In this document: positions 28,043 through 38,036 of the stretch, piece by piece
Layout of the letters: each line of letters starts with the position of its first letter
How positions within the stretch are numbered: the stretch's first letter is position 1
Source of the DNA: Anaerolineae bacterium
GTDB lineage: Bacteria; Chloroflexota; Anaerolineae; B4-G1; DUEL01
NCBI GenBank assembly: GCA_041082215.1
Contig: JBDOIF010000014.1
Location: forward strand, 1 to 64,000
Length of the DNA: 64,000 nucleotides
Direction of reading: 5' to 3'
Notes under the pieces: generated by a model
The model's database searches: none
What the model was told of the DNA's origin: nothing
Seen by the model: only the letters and a program-made list of their open reading frames with translations
Translations under genes and position numbers: made by a program

Positions 28043-29380
28043 TTAAGGATACACCCGTTTCAACGTCCTGGGGAACGGGATTGTCTCCCGCAGGTGGTCA
28101 ATGCCGCAGATCCAGGTCACCGTCCGTTCCACCCCCAGCCCGAAGCCGGAATGGGGGACCGAGCCGTACTTGCGCAGGTCGAGGTACCACTCGAACGCCT
28201 CCCGGGGCAGGTTCCATTCCTCCAGCCGCCTGAGCAGGAGGTCGGGGTCGGAGATGCGCTCCGAGCCGCCGATGATCTCCCCGTACCCTTCAGGAGCCAG
28301 CAGGTCGGCGCTCTTGGTGATCTCCGGTCGCCCGGGCCACGGCTCCATATAGAACGCCTTGGCGACCGTAGGGTAACCGTAGACAAAGACCGGTTTCTCG
28401 AACCGTTTGGTCAGTTCCGTCTCGTGGGGGGAGCCGAAGTCCTCCCCCCACTCGATCCTGAGGAGTTCCTTCAGCTCCAGGTCGTCCGTCTCCCGGCGGA
28501 TTTCGGCCAGCATCTGGATCGCCTCGTCGTAGGAGACGCGGGGGAAGGGAGGTTCCACCTTCTCCAGCAGCCGGGTATCCCGCTCCAGAAACGCCAGCTC
28601 TGCCGCCCGCTCCCGCAGGCAGGTCTGGACGATGTAGGAGACGAACTGCTCCTCGATCTCCATCAGTTGGTCCAGGTCGCAGAAGGCGATCTCCGGCTCG
28701 ACCATCCAGAACTCGGTCAGGTGGCGGCGGGTTTTGGACTTCTCGGCGCGGAAGGTGGGGCCGAAGCAGTAGACGCGGCCGAAGGCGTAGATGTTGGCCT
28801 CGTTGTAGAGTTGTCCCGACTGGGCCAGGTAGGCCGGCTCGCCGAAGTAATCGGTCTCGAAAAGGGTCGTCGTCCCCTCGCAGGCGGCGGGGGTGAGGAT
28901 GGGGGTATCCAGGTTGGTGAACCCGTGGCTATCCAGCCAGTCCCGGATTGCCCGGACGACGGTGGCCCGCACCCGCAGGATCGCCCACTGGCGTCGGGAG
29001 CGGATCCACAGGTGGCGGTGGTCCAGCAGGAAATCCACCCCGTGCTCCTTGGGCTGGATCGGGTACTCCTCGGCGAACTGGAGCACCTGGAGGTCGGTGA
29101 CCCCCAGCTCGAAGCCGCCGGGGATGCCAGGGGCGCGGGGGTCCTCCCGGACCACGCCGGTGAGGATGAGGGAGGACTCCTGGGTGAGCCGGCGGGCTGC
29201 GTCGAAGGCGTCGGGGGGGACCTCCTTCTGGAAGACGACGCACTGGACGAAGCCGGTCCCGTCGCGGACCTGGAGGAACTGGAGCCGGCCCTTGTCGGTG
29301 CGGCTGTAGAGCCACCCCTGGAGGCGGACCTCCTGGCCGACATAGCGGGCGATATCCTGGATACGGATTGTCTCTACCAT
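28043..29380 (-). CDS. asnS: Asparagine--tRNA ligase
   Basis: OB-fold N-terminus, [62 protein letters not shown] 29380 after GGAGG. Confidence 0.93.
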   Translation of the reverse strand: MVETIRIQDIARYVGQEVRLQGWLYSRTDKGRLQFLQVRDGTGFVQCVVFQKEVPPDAFDAARRLTQESSLILTGVVREDPRAPGIPGGFELGVTDLQVLQFAEEYPIQPKEHGVDFLLDHRHLWIRSRRQWAILRVRATVVRAIRDWLDSHGFTNLDTPILTPAACEGTTTLFETDYFGEPAYLAQSGQLYNEANIYAFGRVYCFGPTFRAEKSKTRRHLTEFWMVEPEIAFCDLDQLMEIEEQFVSYIVQTCLRERAAELAFLERDTRLLEKVEPPFPRVSYDEAIQMLAEIRRETDDLELKELLRIEWGEDFGSPHETELTKRFEKPVFVYGYPTVAKAFYMEPWPGRPEITKSADLLAPEGYGEIIGGSERISDPDLLLRRLEEWNLPREAFEWYLDLRKYGSVPHSGFGLGVERTVTWICGIDHLRETIPFPRTLKRVYP

Positions 29381-29463
29381 AGGGCGACCTCCCAGGTACA
29401 ATTTTACCACGATGGGGCGCTGGGGGGAATTGCTGACCAGGGCGGGGCGGCTGGCAGAGCCTG

Positions 29464-29536
29464 CCCTCACCTCTCCCCTTGGCCCCCTCCCGGAGAGGGG
29501 AGGGGGTGGCCCGAAGGGCCGGGGGTGGGGTGAGGG
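29464..29536. repeat. CCCTCACCC...GGGTGAGGG palindromic repeat
   Basis: Terminal CCCTCACC / GGTGAGGG arms; family also at 9144, 14568 and 41050. Confidence 0.7.
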
Positions 29537-29615
29537 CTGATCGAGTCTGTATCAGTTTAGCAGGTGATAGGGGTGGACCTGGTGGCGAAGGGATCGCACC
29601 CAGGGTTTGGAGGGG

Positions 29616-29831
29616 GTGGAAGCCGTCCAGGTGCCGAACCGCACCGCCCAACAGCTCCGCCCCCTCATCAATCCACCTCGCCCCGTCCCCATTCACCACC
29701 ACCCACCCTATCCGACTCCAGTCCCACAGCCGCCCAAAGGCCACCGAAACCCCCTCCCGGAAGTCGAACCCCTCGTCCGCCTGAGCGCACACCCGCTTGC
29801 CCACCAGTCGGTACCGAAACTCGCCTCCCTG
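29616..29831 (-). pseudogene. ISLre2/UPF0236-family transposase fragment
   Basis: RYRLVGKRV...VVVNGDGARWIDEG...HLDGFH matches the family GDGAxWI and LDxFH motifs; no intact gene. Confidence 0.75.
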
Positions 29832-29967
29832 GATGGTCTGATCAACCAGAGGAACAGGGCTGATGGCTCTTTTGCAACTCCACCTGCTAATCTGTTACAA
29901 ACTCATATACCTGTGCAACATTGCCGCCATACATCGTCCAACAGAATAGAATCCCGATGGGGGGACG

Positions 29968-30054
29968 GAGCATAAGAAGGCTGTTCTGGCCTTTGCGCTG
30001 GTGGAGAGCGTCTCGTTCACCAACAACCAGGCCGAACAGGACCTGCACCCGGCC
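29968..30054 (+). pseudogene. IS66-family transposase fragment
   Basis: Manual translation EHKKAVLAFALVESVSFTNNQAEQDLHPA resembles the IS66 (P)FTNNQAERDLR motif. Confidence 0.72.
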
Positions 30055-30108
30055 GGAGAAGGTGGAGTTAAAGCAGCACTCCCGGCCTGACACGGAGATC
30101 ACGATTTT

Positions 30109-31107
30109 TTATAGATTTTTCTCGCTATCCAGTCCGGCGTAGAGGATCCGCCGGTCTATCCGTTCGGTCATCGGACCGACGGTGAACAGTTTTCGCTCCG
30201 CAATCCGCTGGGCAAAGCGGGCGCAGTCGGGAAGGGGAAGGCCGTCCAGCAGAGCAACCAGGAAACCGCCCCAGAAGGCGTCCCCCGCGCCAGTGACATC
30301 AGCGACAGGGACGGGAAACGCCGGAATGTGCAGGATGCGCCCCTCCTCGGAAACCAGTACCCCCTCTGCACCCATGGTCAGCACAACAACGGGCGGACCC
30401 AGTTCGTGGAACCTCCGGACACAGGCCTCGGGGGAAAGGCCGGGGCCGAAGAGACGCAGCGCGTCGTCCAGCGAGGGCTTGGTCAGGGTCGCCAGAGCCA
30501 GGGCCCGCTCCAGGACCCTCATCGCTTCCGCCCGGTCGGGCCAGAGACGGGGACTGTAGTTGGGGTCCACAGAGACAACGCACCCCCGCGTCCGCCCCAG
30601 GCGGAGCGCCCGTTCGGCGGCCCGGCGGGCCGGGAGACGGGAGAGGGCAAAGGCGGAAACGTGGACCGCCCGCGCCCGACCGACAGCTTCCTCAGTGACC
30701 TGCTCCGGCGCCAGCCGGGTATCCGCGTCCCGATAGGCCAGAAAGTCCGGCGTCCCCCGGGTGTGGGAAACGAAAATGACGGTGGTCCGGGCCTCCGGGT
30801 CCAGAACCAGATGGTCACAGAGAACACCGGCCCCCTCCAGTTCGGCCCGCAGGAAGTGGCCGAAAGGGTCATCGCCGACACGGGCAACCAGCGCCGCAGA
30901 CCCACCCAGGCAGGCAACGGTCCGGGCGATGTTGGCCGGAGAGCCGCCCGCGTGGGCCTGGAAAGTGCGGGCCTCCCGAAGGGAATCCGTCTCCTCCCCC
31001 GAGATGAGGTCCACCACCGCCTCACCAACGGCCAAAAGGTCCAGATCGCCGGAGGGAAGCGGACGCGGAGAGACACGGCTGAACGCAGATGGTCCTTCCA
31101 GGGTCAC
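30109..31107 (-). CDS. PfkB-family sugar kinase (probable fructokinase)
   Basis: GGSPANIA, VGDDPFG, DPNY, DVTGAGDAF. Confidence 0.88.
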   Translation of the reverse strand: MTLEGPSAFSRVSPRPLPSGDLDLLAVGEAVVDLISGEETDSLREARTFQAHAGGSPANIARTVACLGGSAALVARVGDDPFGHFLRAELEGAGVLCDHLVLDPEARTTVIFVSHTRGTPDFLAYRDADTRLAPEQVTEEAVGRARAVHVSAFALSRLPARRAAERALRLGRTRGCVVSVDPNYSPRLWPDRAEAMRVLERALALATLTKPSLDDALRLFGPGLSPEACVRRFHELGPPVVVLTMGAEGVLVSEEGRILHIPAFPVPVADVTGAGDAFWGGFLVALLDGLPLPDCARFAQRIAERKLFTVGPMTERIDRRILYAGLDSEKNL

Positions 31108-31124
31108 GTTTCACTCCTCACATT

Positions 31125-32624
31125 TCACGGCCCAAAATACCAATGCTGGAGTTCTTCCAGCGGGATGTCGTCCTCCGGTCGGGGGTCGCGGAAGTACGGG
31201 GGAATGGGAAGGAGCGGCTCTGAAGGCCGGAAGGGGTCACCCTTCAGCACCTGCCGGACGACGGCCAGGTACCCTTCGGCGGTCCGCTCCCAGGTGTAGC
31301 GGGCCAGGACCCGCCCCCGTCCCCGGCGGGCGAACTCCTCCCAGGCCCGGTGGCTCTCCAACAACCGCAGCAGGCCCCGGGCGATGTCAGCGGGATCGGC
31401 GGGGTCCACCAGGATGCCGTACTCCTCCCCGCCCTCCTGCCAGATTTCGGCAGGCCCGCCCCTCCGGGTGACGACGACCGGCAGACCCGACGCGGCGGCC
31501 TCCAGCGGGGCCAGGCCGAAGGGCTCGTACACGGCCGTCAGCGCGAAGACGGAGCGGCGCCGGGCCAGCAGCCGGTAGGCCGCCGCCAGAGCTGGCTGCC
31601 CCGCCAGGGCCACGGCGGCGACCTCACCCCAGAGGTCGTGGTCCCGGACGACCTGCCGGATGCGCGCCAGAACTTCCCGTTCCGCCGGGCTTCCCTCTTC
31701 CTCCCGGCGCAAGGGGTCCTCCAGGTGGGCGGTGACCAGCAGGAGGTTGGCGCGCTCCCGCAGGGTCGGATTTCCGGCAAAGGCGACCACCAGGCCCAGG
31801 TGGTTCTTCTTCGGCTCCAGCCGGCTGGAGGCGACGATGCAGGGAAGATGACGGCGGTCCTCCCGGATGTCCCGTTCCAGCGCAGCCAGGACCCGCCGGT
31901 GGACGGCCTCCTCGTCCGGCGCCCGGGCCCCGGGGTCAAAGACGGCGGTGTCCACCCCGGGCGGAACCAGAGCGAACCGGCGGTCGTCGCCGACGTCCAC
32001 GGCGCCCCGGTAAGCCCGATGGCCGTACTGCCGGGTCCGCTCCTGGCGGGTGCTGGTGATGTTGACGGCGGACCGGTTCATACTGAGCCGCTCTGCCGCC
32101 AGGCGGCGGGCGAAGTGGTAGCGGGCATCCAGCGCGGGGAGGTTCTCCGGCGTCGCGCCCAGTCCGTCCATCTTCTGAGCGCCCAGGGAGTGGGCGGTGA
32201 AGGTGAAGGGAATGCCCGTCTCGGCGGCGATGAGAACGCCCGCCAGGCCGCCATCGCCGTAGTGGGCCGTGAACACGTCGGGGAAACGGCCCTCCCGACG
32301 GTAGAAATCCAGGATGCCCCGCACCCAGTCCGGTCCAATGTGGGGCCAGAGCTCCTCTTTGGGGAGAAAGGTGTCCGGCCCGGCGGGGATGCGGACGATA
32401 CGGACATCCGGCGCGCCTGGGTACCCGTCCACCGGCCCGTCCAGCCCGGGCCACCGGGGGTCCCGGATGCGGCGGGTGAGGATGTCCACCCGGTGCCCCA
32501 TCCGGCCCAGCGCCAGCGCGACCTGCTTGACGTAGATCAGTTGTCCTCCGAAATCCGGATGTTGAGTCCAGTACCGGTCCTGCGGGTCGAAGTTCCCCTG
32601 GGGGTTCAGGAAAGCCAGGTGCAT
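31125..32624 (-). CDS. Sucrose-phosphate synthase-like GT4 glycosyltransferase (GT domain only)
   Basis: AFLNPQGNFD...HPDFGGQL.YVK, LPKEELWP, HYGDGG, HSLGAQK, SSRL..KKNH, EPFGLAPLEA, as I recall from Halothermothrix orenii SPS. Confidence 0.85.
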   Translation of the reverse strand: MHLAFLNPQGNFDPQDRYWTQHPDFGGQLIYVKQVALALGRMGHRVDILTRRIRDPRWPGLDGPVDGYPGAPDVRIVRIPAGPDTFLPKEELWPHIGPDWVRGILDFYRREGRFPDVFTAHYGDGGLAGVLIAAETGIPFTFTAHSLGAQKMDGLGATPENLPALDARYHFARRLAAERLSMNRSAVNITSTRQERTRQYGHRAYRGAVDVGDDRRFALVPPGVDTAVFDPGARAPDEEAVHRRVLAALERDIREDRRHLPCIVASSRLEPKKNHLGLVVAFAGNPTLRERANLLLVTAHLEDPLRREEEGSPAEREVLARIRQVVRDHDLWGEVAAVALAGQPALAAAYRLLARRRSVFALTAVYEPFGLAPLEAAASGLPVVVTRRGGPAEIWQEGGEEYGILVDPADPADIARGLLRLLESHRAWEEFARRGRGRVLARYTWERTAEGYLAVVRQVLKGDPFRPSEPLLPIPPYFRDPRPEDDIPLEELQHWYFGP

Positions 32625-32634
32625 ATAACGCCAC

Positions 32635-33627
32635 TTATCCTTTGATGCCGGTTGCCGCCACGCTGCGGATGAACCACCGCTGGAAGGCCAGAAACAGGAC
32701 CAGCACCGGCAATGTGGTCATTGTCGCAAAGGCGAGGGTATCTCCCCACAGGCGCGGATATTGCCCAAAGAACTCCTGCATTGCCACTGTCAGCGGTCGG
32801 TATTCCGGCAGACGGATGACCATCAGCGGCCACAGGTACGATCCCCAGGTCCACATAAACTTCAGGATGGCAACTGTTGCGAGGACGGGCCTGGAATTGG
32901 GCAGGATAATGTCCCAATAGATACGCAGACGGCTGGCCCCATCTATGATGGCCGCCTCGTCCAGGTCCTTGGGGATATTGATAAAGAACTGATAGAACAG
33001 ATAGATCGAAAAGGCATCGGCGACAAAGGGGATAATCTGCACAATGTACGTATCGTGCCAGCCAATGCCGCCGCCCGGGCGCGGCAATCGGGTGGTCAGC
33101 AGCATCAGAGGGACCGCAACCGCCTCGAAGGGAATAATGATCAGCGCCACGATAACGGCCAGTACGATGCCCCGCCCCCTCCACCTGAGCCGTGCCAGGG
33201 GGTAGGCGGCCATGCTATTGACCAGCAGCCCCAACCCCACGGTGGCCGTCGTTATGAGGATCGAGTTCCACAGGAATCTGCCGAACGGCATGCGACGAAA
33301 CACGTCGAAAAAGTTCTGCGGTCCCAGTCCAGCGTATGCATTTCTTATCTCGGCCGGGGCCTCATCCAGGCGATTCACAGGCGGCACGAGCCTTAAAGGA
33401 TAGGGCATAAAAGCCCGCAGCCCGGCCACGTCCGATGTGATCTGCGTTTCGTTTGTCTTGATGGCCGACACCATCATGAAGACGAGGGGGAACGCGAAAA
33501 AGCACGCCAGGAGTATCATCACCGCGTAGTTGATGATGGCCTTCACGGTTTTGCGAAAGCGGTAAGGAAGACCGGGCCGCATCTTTCCCCCCGCAGAGTG
33601 CACCTGGATGGATGTCTGAACGCTCAT
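32635..33627 (-). CDS. Carbohydrate ABC permease (MalG-like)
   Basis: EAA motif IPKDLDEAAIIDGAS; YLWPL. Confidence 0.92.
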   Translation of the reverse strand: MSVQTSIQVHSAGGKMRPGLPYRFRKTVKAIINYAVMILLACFFAFPLVFMMVSAIKTNETQITSDVAGLRAFMPYPLRLVPPVNRLDEAPAEIRNAYAGLGPQNFFDVFRRMPFGRFLWNSILITTATVGLGLLVNSMAAYPLARLRWRGRGIVLAVIVALIIIPFEAVAVPLMLLTTRLPRPGGGIGWHDTYIVQIIPFVADAFSIYLFYQFFINIPKDLDEAAIIDGASRLRIYWDIILPNSRPVLATVAILKFMWTWGSYLWPLMVIRLPEYRPLTVAMQEFFGQYPRLWGDTLAFATMTTLPVLVLFLAFQRWFIRSVAATGIKG

Positions 33628-34754
33628 TCCACGGCCCTCTCTTCACGCATCACAGCACGCTGAATTATGGAGACCACCAGCACGATCAGGAAGAACATCA
33701 CGGTGATAGCCGAGGCATATCCTGCCCGCAACTGGTAGCGCCCTTCCCGAACGGCGTGCAGAATGGTCGTCATCGTCGCCTCCCCCGGCCCTCCGCCCGT
33801 CATCACGTGCACCTGGGTGAACAACTGGAAAGCCAGGATGGTCGTGGCCACGACCACAAAGATGGTGGTGTTGCGCAACTGCGGCCATGTGACGAAAAGG
33901 AATTTCTGGATCTCATTACATCCATCCACCTCTGCTGCTTCGTATAACTCACCCGGTATCTCCTGCAGGCCTGCAAGAAAGATGACCATCTGGAATCCCA
34001 CGCCCTGCCAGATCGATAGCAGCATGATGGAGGGGAACGCCAGTTTGGGATCGGCCAGCCATTCAAAGGGGCCCAATCGCCCGAACGAGATGGCCTTCAG
34101 GAAGGCATTGATCGTTCCCACGCCCGGGTTGTAGAGGAAGAACCAGACCACCGCCACCACCACCATCGGCACGACCACCGGCATGAAATAGAGGGTCCGG
34201 AAGAGATTTACCCCCCTGATCTTCTGGTTGACCAGTACCGCCAGCAACAGGGCGAAGGCCGACTGCAGCGGCACGACGACCAGGGCGAAGTAGAAGTTGT
34301 TGAGCAACCCTCTCCAAAATGTCGGGTCGCCCGCTGCCACCAGATAGCGTCTTCCAAGAAGATCAAACTGGGCAAGCTCTCTCAGCCCCTCGTACCGGGC
34401 ATCGCTGCGCAGAATGGTACGGGACCGCGGGTAGAGCAAGCGGCCCTGCTCATCCCGCTGCACTTCCCCGGTGGCCGCGTCTCTCAGGGGCTCCATCAGG
34501 ATCAGGTTGACCCGCAGCAACTGGCGATAGTTCTCCAGGCCAACGAATTGGGGCGGATTGGGCGATAGCAGCCGCGTGTCGGTCAGACTGAGCTGAAAGG
34601 CCATGAGGAATGGAATGGCCAGGAAAACCAGCAGCCCCAGAGCGGCTGGGGCGATCATCAACCAGGCTACAGCATTCTCTTTTATCCTCTCAATGGGAAG
34701 CCTGGCCCGCCGCTCAACAGCGGTCCCTCTCCCTGTTTCCCATCGGCTGTCCAT
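33624..34754 (-). CDS. Carbohydrate ABC permease (MalF-like)
   Basis: FVGLENY, AGLQEIPGELYEAAEVDG. Confidence 0.92.
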   Translation of the reverse strand: MDSRWETGRGTAVERRARLPIERIKENAVAWLMIAPAALGLLVFLAIPFLMAFQLSLTDTRLLSPNPPQFVGLENYRQLLRVNLILMEPLRDAATGEVQRDEQGRLLYPRSRTILRSDARYEGLRELAQFDLLGRRYLVAAGDPTFWRGLLNNFYFALVVVPLQSAFALLLAVLVNQKIRGVNLFRTLYFMPVVVPMVVVAVVWFFLYNPGVGTINAFLKAISFGRLGPFEWLADPKLAFPSIMLLSIWQGVGFQMVIFLAGLQEIPGELYEAAEVDGCNEIQKFLFVTWPQLRNTTIFVVVATTILAFQLFTQVHVMTGGGPGEATMTTILHAVREGRYQLRAGYASAITVMFFLIVLVVSIIQRAVMREERAVE

Positions 34755-34866
34755 TTCACTCCCCCGTCTGTCAGCAGGTCGCCGGAGAATCCACCTGCGG
34801 CATAACGGCTTGCTCTGATTCGTGGCCGACTACGGGCGAAACACCACCCCGCTGCGGCTTGTGAAT

Positions 34867-34898
34867 GGGGGCCAGGGGCTTGGCAGCTCCTGGCCCCC
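34867..34898. other. GC-rich intercistronic stem-loop after the binding-protein gene
   Basis: GGGGGCCAGGGGCT TGGC AGCTCCTGGCCCCC; position typical of mRNA-stabilising hairpins. Confidence 0.55.
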
Positions 34899-34924
34899 TG
34901 CCCTGGTCGCACCGTCCCCCTCTC

Positions 34925-36298
34925 CTACCGGTAAAAGTTGTTCGCCTTCAGATCGGCGTCAATTGTGTCCACGGCATTGTCCAGCTCAGTCTGTACATCA
35001 GCGCCGTTGGCGATGTTCCTGAACGCCGTCGAAAAGGCCACCGTGATGGTAGGATAGGCGGCAGTGATGGGACGGGGCACCCCCCAGCCTGCCCTGAGCT
35101 GTGCCACGAACGTGTACAGCAGGCCATCCGGAGCATACCGCTCGTCCGCCTCGAACACCGAGATGCGCGCTGGAATCGCTCCGTTTGCGCTGGTCATGAT
35201 CTGGATGTTCTCCGGCTCAAGCAGGAACTTGAGCACCCTGGCCGCCGCATCGGGATGCTCACAGGCGCTGGTGATGCCCCAGTTCCAGGAACCCATTCCG
35301 GTCTTGGGGCCGGTGCCGAAGTCGGGCATCGGCAGGAGAAGCAGATCGTCACCCACTGCCTGGATGTGGTCGTTGGCTGTCCAGTGCCCGACCCATGCCA
35401 TAGCGCATGCACCGCTGGTGAAACAGTCGTCGGAGGCCGCAGTGGCGTTGGCATAGCCGTTCTGGAACCATCCCTGGATCATCTCCATAGCGGCGACAGC
35501 CTCAGGCCCGTTGAGCACGCCTTCAGCCGACTCATAGGTCTGGCGATCAATGAGGTCGGCACCGAAGCTCTGGAGCACCGGCGAGAAGCCATAGGTCAGC
35601 CATTCGCTCGGCGCCGATGGCGCGTAGTTCATCTTCAGGTCTATGGCGTACTCGGTTTCGGGGAGAGCCGCCAGGGCTGCCAGGGCCGCGTTGAACTCGT
35701 CGCCTGTCCAGGGGTCTTCTATTGTAGGAATACGTACGCCCGCGGCCTCCAGGTACGACCTGCGCGCCCAGATGGCCAGCCCGGAGTCAAACTGCCCCAG
35801 GCTGTACAGTTTGCCGTCCTGATAAGTGCCCTGGGCGATGATGGAGGGCAGGAAGTCAGAAAGCTCGTCCTGGGTGAAGTAGTCGTCCAGCGGGATCAGG
35901 TAGCCGCCCCAGACATAGTTGTAGACGAAGGGGCCATCAAAGTCAAGCAGACAGGGCAACTGACCGGCGACGGCGGCCGCCTGAACCTGCTGGTTGTAGT
36001 CACCCTCGGGCAGCTCCACGAGGTCCAGCTTGATGTTCGGGTCGTCCCACCCGCTGAAAATCTCCGCCAGCGCATCCCGCTCGCCACCCCGGCCGGAGTG
36101 GAACCACACGTCTATGGTGACCGGTTCCCTGGCAGGAGGGGCAGTGGTGGGCTGGGGAGGAGCGGTTGTGGGCTGGGGAGGGGCAGTTGTGGGAGCGGCT
36201 GTCGCGGGAGCGGTAGCGGGGGTCCCGGCACCACAAGCGCTGACCACGACGGTCAGCACAATGAGCAGAGCCACGGCGATCCATTTTTTGCTTTGCAT
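34925..36298 (-). CDS. Sugar ABC substrate-binding lipoprotein
   Basis: Lipobox VSAC, Pro/Thr linker, DGP...GSWNWGI motifs. Confidence 0.9.
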   Translation of the reverse strand: MQSKKWIAVALLIVLTVVVSACGAGTPATAPATAAPTTAPPQPTTAPPQPTTAPPAREPVTIDVWFHSGRGGERDALAEIFSGWDDPNIKLDLVELPEGDYNQQVQAAAVAGQLPCLLDFDGPFVYNYVWGGYLIPLDDYFTQDELSDFLPSIIAQGTYQDGKLYSLGQFDSGLAIWARRSYLEAAGVRIPTIEDPWTGDEFNAALAALAALPETEYAIDLKMNYAPSAPSEWLTYGFSPVLQSFGADLIDRQTYESAEGVLNGPEAVAAMEMIQGWFQNGYANATAASDDCFTSGACAMAWVGHWTANDHIQAVGDDLLLLPMPDFGTGPKTGMGSWNWGITSACEHPDAAARVLKFLLEPENIQIMTSANGAIPARISVFEADERYAPDGLLYTFVAQLRAGWGVPRPITAAYPTITVAFSTAFRNIANGADVQTELDNAVDTIDADLKANNFYR

Positions 36299-36439
36299 TT
36301 TTCACCTCCCTGGTTGCACGGCTTTTTGGAATCATCCCTCGGCCCTGATAGAGGCCATCGCGTACCCGGAGAGGGAGCGATGGCTTTCATAAGTTGATCA
36401 CCTCGATGGTCATCACCTCCTCTCTACGGTTCGAGCGAT

Positions 36440-36505
36440 TGAAACCGGTTGCAGCCACTGGCAAAGTTACGGAACGGGCAGTTCGATGGGATGAAACCGG
36501 TTGCA
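36440..36505. promoter_or_regulatory. Two LacI-type operators
   Basis: TGAAACCGGTTGCA at 36440-36453 and 36492-36505. Confidence 0.8.
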
Positions 36506-36552
36506 ACCAATGGCAAAAACAAAAGGAATCCGGCCGATGTGTCTGCTGCCGT

Positions 36553-37575
36553 TCAGGGTGGGGGGCTGGTCGTATCCCGGATCACGAGTTCGGTGGGCAG
36601 CACCTCGTACTCCGGTTCCGTCTCAGGGTTTTCCAGCGTCTTCAGCAGCAGCTCCACGCCGCGCTGGCCCGAGTGGAAAAGCATCTGGCGCATGGTCGTC
36701 AACCCCAGGATCTCGGCGATCTCCACGTCGTCGTATCCAACCACAGAGAGGTCCTGGGGCACGCGCACTCCCAACTCCCGCGCTGCCTCCAGCACACCCA
36801 CAGCCTGGACATCGCTGGCCGCAAAGATCGCCGTCGGACGGTCGGGGAGGGCAAGCATTCTCTTTGCGGACTCCCGCGCTGGCTGGCGGCCATGCGGAGT
36901 CTCCACATAATACTCAGGGCGGTAGGGGATCCCCGCGGCCTCTAACGCCTGACGATACCCACACGCGCGATCGCGGCTGGAGGTAAAGTTAAAGGGGTTG
37001 TCGGCCGGATCGCCAACGAAGCCGATCCGGGTGTGGCCCAGCCCGATCAGATACTCGGTAACCGCCCTCCCTCCGGCGACATCATCCACGGTAATCTGAT
37101 GCAGCATCGTCAGCGCCGGATGATGGGCGTCAATCAACACGATCGGCACACTCGCTTCCGCCAGTAACGGCACCTCTTCATCGGTAGGGGATATGGAAAT
37201 CACCAGGACACCGTCCACCCGGTCCCGGCGGGGGATGGTGCGAAAGCAATCGGCGCGCTGCTGCGGGTCCTCTATATTGTGGATGATCAAATCATACCGG
37301 CTCCTGGCCAGCGTGCTCACAACGCCTTTCAGGCGTTCCGTGACGGATGGGGCGGTGAAGAAAGGGACGATCACGGCGAGGGTCAGCGTCTTCCCCGTAG
37401 CGAGACGTTGCGCCACGCGGTTGGGGACATAATTGAGGGCTTTGACAACCTGCATGACCTTCTGGCGCGTCTCCAGACTGACCAGGGGGCTGCTGTTGAT
37501 CGCCCGGGAGACTGTCCCCGGCGAGACGCCAGCCATTCGTGCGATGTCCCGGATCGTGATGGCTTTCTTCACCAT
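36553..37575 (-). CDS. LacI-family transcriptional regulator
   Basis: TIRDIARMAGVSPGTVSRAIN; VPQDLSVVGYDD. Confidence 0.95.
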   Translation of the reverse strand: MVKKAITIRDIARMAGVSPGTVSRAINSSPLVSLETRQKVMQVVKALNYVPNRVAQRLATGKTLTLAVIVPFFTAPSVTERLKGVVSTLARSRYDLIIHNIEDPQQRADCFRTIPRRDRVDGVLVISISPTDEEVPLLAEASVPIVLIDAHHPALTMLHQITVDDVAGGRAVTEYLIGLGHTRIGFVGDPADNPFNFTSSRDRACGYRQALEAAGIPYRPEYYVETPHGRQPARESAKRMLALPDRPTAIFAASDVQAVGVLEAARELGVRVPQDLSVVGYDDVEIAEILGLTTMRQMLFHSGQRGVELLLKTLENPETEPEYEVLPTELVIRDTTSPPP

Positions 37576-37591
37576 CTTCTCATAAGAGGGG

Positions 37592-37647
37592 TGAAACCGG
37601 TTTAATTAAACCGGTTTCATTATACACCGCTGGGCACAAATTGTCAA
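37592..37647 (-). promoter_or_regulatory. Consensus sigma70 promoter with tandem LacI operators
   Basis: Minus strand TTGACA-17 nt-TATAAT (37647-37619); perfect 28-bp palindrome TGAAACCGGTTTAATTAAACCGGTTTCA (37592-37619). Confidence 0.88.
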
Positions 37648-37663
37648 GGCCGGTTGTGTGTGG

Positions 37664-37750
37664 AGGTGTATTCCAGTTTGAGGGCGAGATGCCCCTGGCC
37701 CGGGCCGGACCTGGGGAAACACGAATGGCGCGAATGGAAACGAACGCCGC
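37664..37750. mobile_element. Truncated copy of the MITE at 58103-58294
   Basis: 37682-37750 matches 58121-58189 at 64/69 nt by manual count; left end AGGTGTATTCCAGTTTGAGGGCGAG. Confidence 0.75.
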
Positions 37751-37770
37751 TACAGGGGTGCATCAGTTAG

Positions 37771-37799
37771 TTGCGCAGAATCGGGAAGTAAGGTATAAT
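37771..37799 (+). promoter_or_regulatory. Sigma70-like promoter inside repeat debris
   Basis: TTGCGC-17 nt-TATAAT. Confidence 0.5.
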
Positions 37800-37895
37800 A
37801 TTTTATGAAAACGTTACTCAGGCAAGTTCAGTCTTTTTTTTGTCGGTGTGCTGGCGCTAGGCCAGACGCCGGGCAGTTTTGTGTTCGAACAACTG

Positions 37896-38019
37896 CAGGA
37901 GTTACGCACTTACGAAAGGTGGAAAATCACAGAGATACGGAGAAAAGCCTGGAAACCTCAGAATCCTCTGGGGAACTCCGCGTCTCCATGGGGGGAAAGA
38001 TCCAACTGCGCAAGTCCTG
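37896..38019. mobile_element. MITE-like element with CAGGA(C/G)TT(A/G)CGCA ends
   Basis: CAGGAGTTACGCACT and ACTGCGCAAGTCCTG are imperfect TIRs; internal CACAGAG...CTCC hairpin. Confidence 0.6.
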
Positions 38020-38036
38020 AATTTAGGGAGGAAACC

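Noticed and set aside
37805..38020. 71-aa ORF as a real gene
   Set aside because: It spans several repeat elements and has no RBS or motif.
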